Made by a program: the position numbers and the translations under genes
Shown: positions 50,339 to 60,410 of the stretch, piece after piece
Layout of the letters: every line of letters begins with the position of its first letter
How positions within the stretch are numbered: position 1 is the first letter of the stretch
Source: Longimicrobiales bacterium
GTDB lineage: Bacteria; Gemmatimonadota; Gemmatimonadetes; Longimicrobiales; Gaopeijiaceae
Direction of reading: 5' to 3'
NCBI GenBank assembly: GCA_965249725.1
Contig: CBDFMQ010000002.1
Location: 992,001-1,056,000 of the forward strand
Length of the DNA stretch: 64,000 bases
Notes under the pieces: model-generated
The model's database searches: none
What the model saw: only the letters and a program-made list of their open reading frames with translations
What the model was told of the DNA's origin: nothing

Positions 50339-51226
50339 CTACACTTGAAGCGGGGTCTCGAAGCCGTCCGGCGTCAGAGTCAAGACAGAGCAGTCCACGG
50401 CGTTCAGAGTCCTCTCGGCCTCGTTTCCGACGAGGAATCCGAGAATGCCACCGCGCCCCAGGGTGCCGATGACCACCAGGTCCACCTCGAGCGTCTCGGC
50501 GAGGTCGGGAATGACCTTTCCGGCCTGACCCTCGATGAGGTGAACGGTCCTCTTGTCGTACGGGTGGGGCTCGAGAAGGCGATCCAGCTCGGACTGGTGA
50601 GCGGCCTCGATGCCTCGAACCATTTCGTCGACCTCCGTCGTGTCGATCGACCGCCCCCTCAGCGCCGTCTCAGAGGCCATCCGCCAAACATGCACGACAT
50701 GTAACTCACTCCCTTCCTCAGCGGCCAGCGACGTGGAGACCTCCATGATCTGCTTGGCGAGGGCTTCCGTCTCCGGCTGAGTCGGGTTCAAGTCGACGGC
50801 CGCGAGAATCCGGCGGAGACGCGGCTCCTCCGAGTGCTTCACGATCCACACCGGGCATGGAGACTTCCGCATCAGCTTCTGGTCCTCAGTGCCGAACAGC
50901 CTCTTCCACGTCCCGGCATCTGCTGCGGCAGCTTTCATGACGAGACCATGGTGATGGTCGAGCACCGCCTGAATCACCGATTCAGCCGTGGCCCCCGTGC
51001 CCGTCTCCACATCGATGGTCAAACCAGGCTCCTGTGCGATAGCCTCCTCGCGCAGGCGCTCGAGCTCGTTGCGGCGCTCCTCGGCCCCTTCGTGTCCTGC
51101 ATCGCGTCCAGCGAAGAGAGTGAGTTTCGCGCTGTTGGCGCTAGCGAGCCGGACTGCACGCGCCAACACCGACTTCTCGCCCTCACTGCCGTCCGCTACA
51201 AAAAGGATGCTCTTGAACCGTTGCAC
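50339..51226 (-). CDS. Tandem-domain universal stress protein (UspE-like)
   Basis: LMRKSPCPVWIV and DLVVIGT.GR.G..GFLVGN.AE motifs. Confidence 0.9.
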   Translation of the reverse strand: MQRFKSILFVADGSEGEKSVLARAVRLASANSAKLTLFAGRDAGHEGAEERRNELERLREEAIAQEPGLTIDVETGTGATAESVIQAVLDHHHGLVMKAAAADAGTWKRLFGTEDQKLMRKSPCPVWIVKHSEEPRLRRILAAVDLNPTQPETEALAKQIMEVSTSLAAEEGSELHVVHVWRMASETALRGRSIDTTEVDEMVRGIEAAHQSELDRLLEPHPYDKRTVHLIEGQAGKVIPDLAETLEVDLVVIGTLGRGGILGFLVGNEAERTLNAVDCSVLTLTPDGFETPLQV

Positions 51227-51364
51227 TTTGGCTAACCACCTTCATATGGAGAATGTCGACCGAAAAATGTTACACCCTACCGGCGAGGACAGGTATATAT
51301 CGGAGCGAACTCGTATGCGTCAAGCTGGCCTTCTCGCCCCGCCTGGCCTGATCCGGACGGCAAA

Positions 51365-51874
51365 CTACCAGTTTGACTGGGCGCCGTCCACGATGCGTTG
51401 AACCAGTAGCTCGATGGCCTCCGCCCGGCCCACCTCTTCGGTCTCGCTCTCCTCCAGATACTGACCCTGTGTGGAGAGCGCGAGGTCGTCCCACAGGATC
51501 ACATTTTGGACGCGATCGATGAGCTCCACCTCCACGCGGATGCTCACCTGGCGCTGGAGCACGTCCACCTGATCCGCCTGTTGCCCGGGCCGGAACAGGG
51601 GGGTCGTCAGGTCGTACCGAACGATGCGGCCCCGGACGATGGCGTCGGCGACCTCTTCACCGGCATTCGTGATCCCCAGCGCTCTAGGCAGCTCTCGGAG
51701 CAGCTGGTCGTGGATTTCCTGAGTGAGCTCGAACCGGTTGGTGTCGTTCTCGAACGGCAGGATCGCCAAGGTCCGGATGTGCTCGGGAAAGCTCCCCGAT
51801 CGGAAGCTGTAGTTACAGCCGGCGATGCTCCACGCCAGACAGAACACTGCCACGTAGCGGATGCGATCCGCCAT
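51365..51874 (-). CDS. lptE: LPS assembly lipoprotein LptE-like
   Basis: IAGC lipobox then YSF, IRTLAILPFENDT, terminal W. Confidence 0.75.
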   Translation of the reverse strand: MADRIRYVAVFCLAWSIAGCNYSFRSGSFPEHIRTLAILPFENDTNRFELTQEIHDQLLRELPRALGITNAGEEVADAIVRGRIVRYDLTTPLFRPGQQADQVDVLQRQVSIRVEVELIDRVQNVILWDDLALSTQGQYLEESETEEVGRAEAIELLVQRIVDGAQSNW

Positions 51875-51917
51875 CGGACTCGTCTTCGTCCACCGGCTCA
51901 TGCCGGCCCCCGCCCCT

Positions 51918-52613
51918 CTAGCGATGGGGATACCAGATGTCGACTGGATGGGACTCCACATTCTCCACGGACTCGACGGTCACCTTGAGTTCTCGGAACG
52001 AGGCCAGATTGCGGTAGGTGGCCTCGCGGGGCAACTCCCACTCGACTTCACGGTCGAGCGAAACCTCGTGTAGGGCGCTTCCGTCACGTAGGAGCTCCAC
52101 GCCCGCCAGCTTGCCGTCACGCATCTGGTACCAGAGCTCGTCACCGTCGCTGAGTCGGTACCGAAGCCTCAACGTCCCGTCCCGCTCCTCGGCGCCCAGC
52201 AACGTCACACCGTCGCCGGGCCTGAACACCCCGAGGGACGCCCAAAGCAGAGGGGGAGAGGGGACCACCTGCAGGGACGCGCCCATCGGCGCCCGCAGAT
52301 CGTCGTCCACCAGGGCGACGGCAAGGACCGACTGTCCGTTTCCCAAGAAAAGATCCAGACGTGCTCGGTCAGGCGGTTCGAGGCGGGCTACACCACTGCC
52401 ACCGATTCGGAGGTTGGGCTCCCGTATGCTCCAGCTGAAGATGACACTCGAGGCGTGTGGAAAAGGATTGCTTTCGGTCGCCGACGCGACGGCCTGCCGG
52501 ACGTCGACCGCTGGAGCGGGCGCCTCCGGAGGAGAGCCTCCACAACTAGACACGACCATGACCGTGATCACGGTAGAGGTAGCAAGCGCGGAGCGCGGAA
52601 TTGCTGCCGTCAT
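51918..52613 (-). CDS. Hypothetical lipoprotein
   Basis: VVSSC lipobox-like motif, GVARLEPPDRARLDLF. Confidence 0.7.
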   Translation of the reverse strand: MTAAIPRSALATSTVITVMVVSSCGGSPPEAPAPAVDVRQAVASATESNPFPHASSVIFSWSIREPNLRIGGSGVARLEPPDRARLDLFLGNGQSVLAVALVDDDLRAPMGASLQVVPSPPLLWASLGVFRPGDGVTLLGAEERDGTLRLRYRLSDGDELWYQMRDGKLAGVELLRDGSALHEVSLDREVEWELPREATYRNLASFRELKVTVESVENVESHPVDIWYPHR

Positions 52614-52699
52614 GAGTGCGCCGCCCCGATCTGCCTGGTTTCGTCCATGGATGAATGTACTTCCCCAGGCTTACACACTCGGATTACCTTCCGATCCCC

Positions 52700-53437
52700 A
52701 TGGCAGAAAAACCGATCCACCTCGCGAGCGACATCCACCTTGGAGTCGTCCCACGCGATACCGAAGACGCGTTCGTGAGTTGGCTCGAATACACGGGCGA
52801 ATCGGCGTCCCAGCTCATCCTGAATGGAGATCTCTTCGACTTCTGGTTCGAATACCGCTCGGCCGTGCCCCGCGGTCATACTCGAGTGCTGGGCGCGCTC
52901 GCGAGGCTCGTGGATGGCGGCCTCCCGGTCACACTCATGGGGGGCAATCACGACTGGTGGGGAGGGTCCTTTCTGACCGATGAGATCGGCCTCACTTTTC
53001 TGCAGGATCCCGTCGTCCTCGACCTGGCTGGTTACCGCACGTTCCTGGCTCACGGGGACGGTCTCGGACGGGGCGACCTGGGATACAAGATTCTCCGTAC
53101 AGTCCTGCGCGGCCGGTTCACAAGGTGGTCCTTTGGGTGGCTCCATCCCGACCTCGGAGCCGCGCTGGCCGACAGAGTCTCGAGAACCGAGCACCGACTG
53201 GATGCCCCTTCGGACGCCGATCGGCACCGAGCCAAGGCCCTACGGGAATGGAGCCGGGGCAAACTCCGGGACGAGCCCGACCTCGACCTCGTGATCGTGG
53301 GCCACACCCACATTCCCGTCATCGAGGAAGTCGAGCCGGGACGATACTACGTGAACGCCGGAGACTGGGTGTTCCATCGGAGCTACGTGGTGCTTCGCGA
53401 CGGAGAGCCGCCCGGACTCGAAGCGTGGAAGCGGTAG
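52700..53437 (+). CDS. lpxH: UDP-2,3-diacylglucosamine hydrolase
   Basis: SDIHLG, GDLFDFW, GNHD, HGD, GHTH and GDW motifs. Confidence 0.88.
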   Translation: MAEKPIHLASDIHLGVVPRDTEDAFVSWLEYTGESASQLILNGDLFDFWFEYRSAVPRGHTRVLGALARLVDGGLPVTLMGGNHDWWGGSFLTDEIGLTFLQDPVVLDLAGYRTFLAHGDGLGRGDLGYKILRTVLRGRFTRWSFGWLHPDLGAALADRVSRTEHRLDAPSDADRHRAKALREWSRGKLRDEPDLDLVIVGHTHIPVIEEVEPGRYYVNAGDWVFHRSYVVLRDGEPPGLEAWKR

Positions 53438-53473
53438 AAGGCCGCTGAAACCCGTGCTCCCTCGAGGGCGTTC

Positions 53474-54217
53474 CTAGGGCTTCTGCAGGGCGCGTCCGCT
53501 AGGGCGGAACGGATCGAAGGGCACCGAGAACGCCACCTCGACCCCCATGTCCGGGAGAGGCCGGATCGCCGCTTCCAACGGCTGCGGAAAATCGGCGAGG
53601 TGGGCCGCCACAAAGGCGTCGGCCCCACCGAAGAAGAGGAAGAAGAGGCCGAAGGCCAGCCAGTCTTCCTTCTGCTGAGAACGGAGCTCGACCAGCTCAG
53701 CGGCGTTCTGCACCACCTCGTCCTCGTCGACGAGTCCCTCGATCTCCAGGGGGTCGGTCTCACCCGCCGCGACGACTCGTGCTTCGGCCTCCGCGCGGCG
53801 AAACGCCTCGATGTCCCTGGCACTCCCCAGCGTCTTGGAGGTCTTCAGGATCATCCAAAGGCTGATCGATTCCACCCCGAAGTAGAAGCCTCCCCGGTTG
53901 GGTGAACCCACGGTGGCCTGACCCCAGCCCGGAATGAGGACGGACCGTAAGAAAGCTCCCCCTGCGCTGTGCCGCCGAGGCCCTCTGACGGAATCAGGTG
54001 CCGCGGCTTCTCGGGCGGGTGGGTCGGCCGCGGGCTCCTGCCCGCTGGCCGGTCGCGGTGTCACCGAGAGTCCCGTTGCCAGGAGACCGGCGACCAGGAG
54101 CGACGGTGCCGTCACCCGGATCGCAAAAATCGCCACGCTGCTCACCAAGGCGGCCACACTCTGAAGGACCCTCAATCGCACGCTCTCTCGTGTCTGGCTT
54201 TCACTGAAGACGCTCAA
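53474..54217 (-). CDS. DUF5683-like membrane protein (start uncertain)
   Basis: AFLRSVLIPGWGQ and ADAFVAAHL motifs. Confidence 0.7.
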   Translation of the reverse strand: MSVFSESQTRESVRLRVLQSVAALVSSVAIFAIRVTAPSLLVAGLLATGLSVTPRPASGQEPAADPPAREAAAPDSVRGPRRHSAGGAFLRSVLIPGWGQATVGSPNRGGFYFGVESISLWMILKTSKTLGSARDIEAFRRAEAEARVVAAGETDPLEIEGLVDEDEVVQNAAELVELRSQQKEDWLAFGLFFLFFGGADAFVAAHLADFPQPLEAAIRPLPDMGVEVAFSVPFDPFRPSGRALQKP

Positions 54218-54271
54218 GGGAATCTACCCTCCCGGATACCGGGACCAAAGAGTGGGATGCCGGCACGGCCC

Positions 54272-54856
54272 TCAGCCCGGATTGGCTCTCCGGAAAGCAT
54301 CGGTGAACACCCTGGCCAGGGCGGTCGCTTCGCGTTCCAGTTCCTCGCGATGGCTGTCCACCGGGTAGAGCGCGACACCGAGAGGTCCCGACCAGATGGG
54401 TACCGTCCACGAACCACCGTCCCGCGCCAAATCCCAGTAGGCCCTTCGCCACGCCAATGCGCTCGCCGCCACTCCGGGGTTCGCGTCGATCGACCGGACC
54501 AGGGTGGCACGCGGGAGCGCGAGGTCCTTGAGTTGTAGGATCGAACTGACCGCGACGCCCATGACGCCCTCCTCCGTCAATATCGGCGCGGCTGCTATCG
54601 CCAAAACGAGCTGGGGTGTGGCATCGGCGGTCACGGTAAGTCCCGCGCTTCGGAGTTGCCCCTCCAGAGCCGCCTGGAGCCGATCTCGAAGCTGGACCTC
54701 GCCGATCAAAGCGGGATCGTCGTATCCGATGACGACGTCGACCTCGACGCTCACCTGGCGGAGACCGACGAGCACTGAATCCTGGCCGGTGACCTGCGCG
54801 ACAACGGCGCGCGGGAGGGCGGCGGCCACCAGGAGGACGAGCATGGAACGAGGCAC
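54272..54856 (-). CDS. Hypothetical exported protein
   Basis: Signal-peptide-like N-terminus; GAGGAGAAAGGA upstream. Confidence 0.65.
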   Translation of the reverse strand: MPRSMLVLLVAAALPRAVVAQVTGQDSVLVGLRQVSVEVDVVIGYDDPALIGEVQLRDRLQAALEGQLRSAGLTVTADATPQLVLAIAAAPILTEEGVMGVAVSSILQLKDLALPRATLVRSIDANPGVAASALAWRRAYWDLARDGGSWTVPIWSGPLGVALYPVDSHREELEREATALARVFTDAFRRANPG

Positions 54857-55032
54857 GGTCGCACCGTCCTTTCTCCTCGGGAAAGCTCCGTTACGCTACA
54901 GCGGAGCCGGCCGGATCACCAGAAGCGGATGCGGCGCCGCCAACCACCCCCAAACAAGAAGGGGACCCCGGCCAGGTTCACCCAAGAACCGCCGGAGCCC
55001 CCAAGTCGCTGCTAGCCAAGCAACTTCGCATA

Positions 55033-55129
55033 TGGCGGGAACGTGTGGGAATCGAACCCACCAACCGGGGTTTTAGCCCGGCGAGCTGGTTTTGAAGACC
55101 AGTGGGGCCACCAGACCCCCTCCGCCCCC
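55033..55129 (-). tRNA. selC: tRNA-Sec (TCA)
   Basis: 97 nt, CTGGT-CT-TCA-AA-ACCAG anticodon arm, long variable arm, GGTTCGATTCC, ends GCCA. Confidence 0.93.
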
Positions 55130-55252
55130 TCAGTCCACGTAAGCGGCACTCGAATGACACTCGCGTGGGCATAAACTCGGACGCCCATCATAGGCCGACC
55201 CCGCCGGTCAGCAAGGGGCATGCACGTCAGGCGCCGCGGCTTCCGGTGGACA

Positions 55253-55297
55253 CGCGCCTCAGGTAGTGCGCGCCTCAGGTAGTGCGCGCCTCAGGTA
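55253..55297. repeat. 16-bp tandem repeat x2.8
   Basis: CGCGCCTCAGGTAGTG, includes the stop codon of the adjacent gene. Confidence 0.9.
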
Positions 55298-55659
55298 ATC
55301 CGAAGCTCGACGTTGTCTCCTGGGAACACGAGCTGCCGAGGGGTGGTGAAACCCCGCTCTCCAATCACGCGGACCCGCAGTCGCAGATCGTCGGACCGAG
55401 GCCACCGAACCGGAAACGACTTTTTAATCCTGCCGTTCACCGTGCCGAGCCGCCGTTCACCGGAGCTGCTAAGCATCCAGACCGTGGCTTGGTTGAAGTT
55501 CCGGTTGTCGACCTCGATGATGATCTGGGCCTTGGTGGCACCCGTAAACGGGTCACCTCGTGTGAACGGACCGCATCCGGACGTCGCCAACCCTGCGCTC
55601 GCACACGCGAGCAGCACGGCGGCAACCCCGAGGTTCGGGAGTCGCCTGCCTACATCCAT
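55291..55659 (-). CDS. Hypothetical lipoprotein
   Basis: TSGC lipobox-like motif, IEVDNRNF and RRLGTV; GGGGGAG RBS. Confidence 0.7.
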   Translation of the reverse strand: MDVGRRLPNLGVAAVLLACASAGLATSGCGPFTRGDPFTGATKAQIIIEVDNRNFNQATVWMLSSSGERRLGTVNGRIKKSFPVRWPRSDDLRLRVRVIGERGFTTPRQLVFPGDNVELRIT

Positions 55660-55811
55660 GGCTCCCCCCTACTACGTGATGATCCTCTCTGCTCGATCGG
55701 CTCCATGTTCAAAGATCGCAGGAGTTCGTTCAGCGTCGCCAGATCCTGCTGGATCGATGGTCGCTGGCGTCGCGATCGTCGCTAATTGAATACCCGGCGC
55801 GGTTACAAGGG

Positions 55812-56198
55812 TCAGTCTCGGCGCGCGATTACGTCGATCTCGACGTCCACGGCCTTCGGAAGGCCTGCGGCCTGAACGGTGGCTCTCGCAGGTCGATGGT
55901 CGCCGAAGTGCTCGGCGTAGACGGCATTCATTTCGGCGAACCTGCCCATGTCGGAAAGATAGACCGTGGTCTTCACGACGTCACCGAGTGAGCTGCCCGC
56001 CTCGCGGAGTACGGCCGCGAGGTTCTTCATGACCAAGTGGGTTTGGGCGGCCACATCGCCATCGATCAACTCACCGGTGGCCGGATCGATCGGAATCTGT
56101 CCCGATACGAACACCCAATCATCGACCACCACGGCTTGGGAGTACGGTCCGATCGCTTCGGGCGCGTCGGGCGTGTGAACCAGCTTCAAGTCGCTCAT
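55812..56198 (-). CDS. ridA: RidA/YjgF enamine deaminase
   Basis: AIGPYSQA, SGQIP, PARA and VEID motifs. Confidence 0.93.
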   Translation of the reverse strand: MSDLKLVHTPDAPEAIGPYSQAVVVDDWVFVSGQIPIDPATGELIDGDVAAQTHLVMKNLAAVLREAGSSLGDVVKTTVYLSDMGRFAEMNAVYAEHFGDHRPARATVQAAGLPKAVDVEIDVIARRD

Positions 56199-56268
56199 CA
56201 AGTCACGCTCCGTAATATGTTGTCGTATATATGCTTATCTAGCACACGACACGTGTCGATCAGTTCGT

Positions 56269-57261
56269 CTACTCGGTCAGCACCTCTTCCGCGTGCACCA
56301 GGAGCTCTTCGGGCGTCACGGTGGCCACACCCGCCTTCGCCACTTCCAGAGCTGCGGCGTGATTGGCCAGAATGGCGGACTCCACCACGGAGCCGCCTGC
56401 GGCGAGACAGACGGCCAGCACGGCGGTCACGGTATCCCCCGCACCCGAAACATCATAGACGGAGCGGGCGGTCGTCGGCAGAAGCACGGTCTCCTCTCCC
56501 TCGGATTGAAGCGCCATGCCCTGCTCGCCCAAGGTCAACAGGAGATGTCCACACGCCAGCCGCGCCCGCACCGACTCCATCCACATACCGTCTTCGGGCC
56601 TAAGGGGCTCACCAAGGGCATCCTCCAACTCCTTGGCGTTGGGCTTGAACACGGTCACGTCCGAGTAGTCGAAGAAGCGCTGGCGTTTCGGATCGACGAT
56701 GGAGGGAGTGCCGGACGCGCGCGTCGCGTCGAGGGCCGCGTCTACCACCGACGGTACCATGACACCCTTGTTGTAGTCCTCCACGGCGACGGCGGAGCAT
56801 GAGCCCGAGAGCCTGCGTACCGCCTCGGCCACCCGACCCGCCGTCTGCTCGTCGATGTCGCCGACCTGTTCCCTGTCGACGCGCACGACCTGCTGATGCT
56901 GTGCCATGACCCGGGTCTTCACCGTGGTGGGCCGAGAACGGCTCACGACGAGCCCGTCGAGTTCGACGCCCAGCTCACTGAGCGCCCGCTCGAGCTCCTT
57001 GCCGGCCTCATCGTCACCGACGCAACCCACGACCGCACACCCGGCGCCCAGGGCCACGACGTTCGCGGCGACGTTAGCCGCGCCACCTACGGCCGACGAT
57101 TCCTCCTCGACGTGCACGACGGGTACCGGTGCTTCGGGCGAGATACGGCCCACGCGACCGGAGATGTACCGATCCAGCATCAGGTCGCCGACCACCAGGA
57201 CCCGCACGTCTCGGGCCTTTGCCAGAAGCTCGGCGATACGGCCCGGCCCGAGTCGCTTCAA
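56269..57261 (-). CDS. rfaE1: Heptose-7-phosphate kinase (stand-alone HldE domain I)
   Basis: RISPEAPVPV, DYNKG and DVSGAGDTV motifs. Confidence 0.92.
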   Translation of the reverse strand: MKRLGPGRIAELLAKARDVRVLVVGDLMLDRYISGRVGRISPEAPVPVVHVEEESSAVGGAANVAANVVALGAGCAVVGCVGDDEAGKELERALSELGVELDGLVVSRSRPTTVKTRVMAQHQQVVRVDREQVGDIDEQTAGRVAEAVRRLSGSCSAVAVEDYNKGVMVPSVVDAALDATRASGTPSIVDPKRQRFFDYSDVTVFKPNAKELEDALGEPLRPEDGMWMESVRARLACGHLLLTLGEQGMALQSEGEETVLLPTTARSVYDVSGAGDTVTAVLAVCLAAGGSVVESAILANHAAALEVAKAGVATVTPEELLVHAEEVLTE

Positions 57262-58397
57262 AGCGCCCCCACGGCCCGTTGGCGGTCGTCGTCGCTAAAT
57301 CGCTTGCGTCCCCGGGCCTCCAGTGGCCAGCGCTCCAAGGAATCGTCCACGAGGACCAACAGATCGTCCTGGAGATTCACGGAAACACACACGTGATTGG
57401 GCAGGACCCTCACCAGGTCTCCTACCCGCGGCTGCCAATCGCTCTTGCTGAGATCGAGCACGCCGTGCTCCTCCGAGACGCCCTTGACCACGACCTCCGG
57501 ATGATCGAGCAAGACCGCGAATCCCTCGTCACCGCCCCTACCCTCCTTCGACAGCGCCTTCGAACCCGCATCGATGGCTGCCTGTCCATCGATCGACGTA
57601 CTCACGACCGTGGCCAGAACCGTGTAGGCCATGTCCTCGGGTCCGGCCACTGCGATGTTGAGACCCTCTCGATCGAAGAAGATGGCGGTGCCGCTACGGA
57701 TCTCGGTCAGGCCGGGCAGTTCGTGGCTGCGCCAGAGTGTGGGCGTCGACCCGCCGCTCACGACCTCCGGGGTCAGACCCTCCTCGTCGAGCGCTGCGTA
57801 AAGGGCACGGAGGTCGGAGGCCAGGATCTCCAGTTCGGCGTCCTGACCTTCCTGAGGGCCTCTGATATGTCCGGGATAGAACATCAGGCCTGAGTACTCG
57901 ACCCCGTCGAGGTCCCCTACCTTACCTGCGAGACGCACCGCCTCCTCCTTGGTCTCGAGGCCGACGCGGCTCATGCCGAGATCGACCTCGACCAAGATCC
58001 TGGTCGACCGTCCCGCCCTCTGTGCCGCGGCGGCCACCGCTCTCAGGGCCTCCTCCGAATCGAGTCCCACCGTGAGCCGCACGTGGTCCGGAATCGCCAT
58101 GACACGGTCGAGCTTCGAGTCCCCCATGACCGGGTACGCCAGTAGCAGATCGTCACACACGGTGGACATGACCTCGGCCTCCCGAGGGGTGGCCACGGTG
58201 AGGCCCTGGACGCCGGCTTCGAGTTGAAGACGGGCCATCCGGGTGCACTTGTGCGTTTTGATGTGGGGACGCCAGGCGATGCCGTGCTCTCGGCAATACG
58301 AGACCACCCGTGCCACATTGGCCCTGACCTTGGCCAAATCGGCGACCCCGGCGGGGGTCTCGACGTCTTCTAGCGAGGTGTGAAGCGACATAGGCAT
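57258..58397 (-). CDS. Fold-type III PLP enzyme (D-serine dehydratase / D-threonine aldolase family)
   Basis: RPHIKTHK, SGGSTP, DAGSK, SEEHG and PNHVC motifs. Confidence 0.88.
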   Translation of the reverse strand: MPMSLHTSLEDVETPAGVADLAKVRANVARVVSYCREHGIAWRPHIKTHKCTRMARLQLEAGVQGLTVATPREAEVMSTVCDDLLLAYPVMGDSKLDRVMAIPDHVRLTVGLDSEEALRAVAAAAQRAGRSTRILVEVDLGMSRVGLETKEEAVRLAGKVGDLDGVEYSGLMFYPGHIRGPQEGQDAELEILASDLRALYAALDEEGLTPEVVSGGSTPTLWRSHELPGLTEIRSGTAIFFDREGLNIAVAGPEDMAYTVLATVVSTSIDGQAAIDAGSKALSKEGRGGDEGFAVLLDHPEVVVKGVSEEHGVLDLSKSDWQPRVGDLVRVLPNHVCVSVNLQDDLLVLVDDSLERWPLEARGRKRFSDDDRQRAVGAL

Positions 58398-58410
58398 TGC
58401 CCCAGACCCG

Positions 58411-58929
58411 TTAGTTGAGGGCGTCTTCCAGGGCGGCCAGGAAGTCGGGGTCGTCCTCGAGGATCGGGCCCAGCCGATTGAACAGGATCACCCCGTCAGC
58501 CCCGACGAGGAACGAAGCCGGCAGGCCGATCGCGGCGAAGGCATCCGTGGAGACCATGTCCGGGTCGAGCAGGATGTCGTACGTGACGCCGTTGTCCGCA
58601 AGAAATGCCTCCACGGCCTCGAGCGAGGCCCTGGAATCCACGGACACGCCGGCAATGCGCAGCCCCCGGTCCTGATACTCCTTGTAGACGGACTCCAAGT
58701 ACGGCGTTTCGAAGCGGCACGGTCCGCACCAGGTCGCCCACAGGTTCACCAAGACGGGCGCACCACGGAAGTCGGCCAGTGATACCATTTGTCCGCCCTC
58801 CAGCGCGATCGCCTGAAAGTCCGGAGCCGCATCGCCGGCTCTCGGCGGACGGAGGTCAGCACCCACACCTATGCAGCCAACAGCGAAAAGCAGGAGGCCC
58901 AGCCATGTGGTTCGATGCAACGTGCTCAT
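58411..58929 (-). CDS. TlpA-family disulfide reductase
   Basis: NLWATWCGPC motif; ATG at 58929. Confidence 0.9.
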   Translation of the reverse strand: MSTLHRTTWLGLLLFAVGCIGVGADLRPPRAGDAAPDFQAIALEGGQMVSLADFRGAPVLVNLWATWCGPCRFETPYLESVYKEYQDRGLRIAGVSVDSRASLEAVEAFLADNGVTYDILLDPDMVSTDAFAAIGLPASFLVGADGVILFNRLGPILEDDPDFLAALEDALN

Positions 58930-60152
58930 TTCAGCGCCTTGGTTGTCCTGGCCATCCGTATAGTGCCGGGTTCGCCCGACTCGGTCCAGGCGAACACGAC
59001 ACGCCCCTGAAGGTCGCGTACCATGCGGGGAAAACCGCTGTCGCGCCCTGAGGACACCCGGGTCACCACATCGGCCTCTCCAGACCGGCCGGACGGGTCT
59101 ACCCGGCGAACTCTCACCTCGCCCGCATCGGGAGTGCGCTCGAGCCAAGCGACCAGAGCCGACCCGTCCTCGAGAAGCAAAACGTCCACGCGACCGAGCG
59201 GGTTCCCGTCATCGATCCTGACCGGAGTTCCGAAGGAAGCTCCGGCGTCCGCCGAAAACGCCATCTGCACTTTCGGCTCGTCGCCGGCCCCGGTGAACCA
59301 AGCCACCGCGACGTCGTCCTCTCGGGCCACGACGGCCGGACCGTTCACCGGACAAGCCGGAATGATCCACCCGTCCGCGTGCACGGGCACGCCCGTCGTC
59401 CATCGACCGTCCACCAGGCGCGTCACGTAGATGTCCCGTACCTCGGACTTCGAACGATCTCGGTAGACCATGACAGGACCCGCCGAGGTCACGGCCGCGT
59501 CGGTCTGGCAGCAGTCGCAGATCCGTTCGTCCACCAACACCTCGGGCCCGGGCGTGCCGTCCGGCGCCACTGCTCTGTACCGAAGGGTCATCGCGCCCCG
59601 GGGGCCCTCTCCCAGTTCCGTTTCCCGACCGTCGAGCCAGGCCATCCCCATACCGCCCGACGCGAGCGGAAAGATGGACACGAAGCCGTGCTCGGTGGGA
59701 GTCCCGTCCTCGTGTGGGGTCCACGGCTCGGACCAAGTCTCGCCACCGTCCGAGGATCGAGCGACGCGAATGCCGTAGTCGTACCGACCCTTCGGTCCGC
59801 GAACCAGCCAATGGGCCACGAGTTCTTCGCCGATGGGCCAAACCGAAGCGAAGTCCGCCCAATTCACGAAGAACTTCGTGTCGTCGCTCGACCCTGCGAC
59901 GGTGTGGACCGCGGACCAGCCGTCATCACTCAACGTCGCCGTCTTAACGAACCAATGCTCGTTGGCGTCGGATTCCTGCCAACTCAGGACGAGCCTGTCT
60001 CCTTGAGTAGACAGGCCTGGCCAGACACTGCCCTCTCCGGAAGGCGAATCCAACGCCTCGAGCTCACCGATCCCCGCCAGCGTGGGATCACCCGGCGTAC
60101 AAGAGATGAACGCAAGCGACAACGCGAAGAGGCTGGAACGAAAGGAAGACAT
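58926..60152 (-). CDS. BNR/sialidase-fold lipoprotein with Cys motifs
   Basis: FISC lipobox, Asp-boxes SSDGGETW and SADAGASF, ICDCC and CPVNGP. Confidence 0.8.
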   Translation of the reverse strand: MSSFRSSLFALSLAFISCTPGDPTLAGIGELEALDSPSGEGSVWPGLSTQGDRLVLSWQESDANEHWFVKTATLSDDGWSAVHTVAGSSDDTKFFVNWADFASVWPIGEELVAHWLVRGPKGRYDYGIRVARSSDGGETWSEPWTPHEDGTPTEHGFVSIFPLASGGMGMAWLDGRETELGEGPRGAMTLRYRAVAPDGTPGPEVLVDERICDCCQTDAAVTSAGPVMVYRDRSKSEVRDIYVTRLVDGRWTTGVPVHADGWIIPACPVNGPAVVAREDDVAVAWFTGAGDEPKVQMAFSADAGASFGTPVRIDDGNPLGRVDVLLLEDGSALVAWLERTPDAGEVRVRRVDPSGRSGEADVVTRVSSGRDSGFPRMVRDLQGRVVFAWTESGEPGTIRMARTTKALK

Positions 60153-60193
60153 GAGTGTCCCGTATGAGTTTCAGAGCCGGGAGTACCGCGCTC

Positions 60194-60268
60194 CAGGCAG
60201 GAATCTTGCACACGGGGTGGAACGCAGTAAAGGGCTGAGGCTGGAACGGTCCGCCCTTCTGCGGCGTT
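60194..60268 (+). promoter_or_regulatory. Candidate sigma54 and ECF promoters
   Basis: CAGGCAGGAATCTTGCA (GG-N10-GC) at 60194-60210; GGAAC-N17-CGTT at 60243-60268. Confidence 0.4.
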
Positions 60269-60410
60269 CATTCAAGGTCGAAGGTCCGCATCGGCCCCCC
60301 GCGGAAGAGGCATGAGCATCGCGGTCGAGGGGGGCCGAAGTTGAGCTTTGCTGCGGTCAGGCAGTACGTTGTCGCTGGATTTTGTTAGTTCGTCACGAAT
60401 TGAGGTGCAC

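Noticed and set aside
54860..55033. Genomic island at selC
   Set aside because: No integrase and no duplicated selC 3' end seen.
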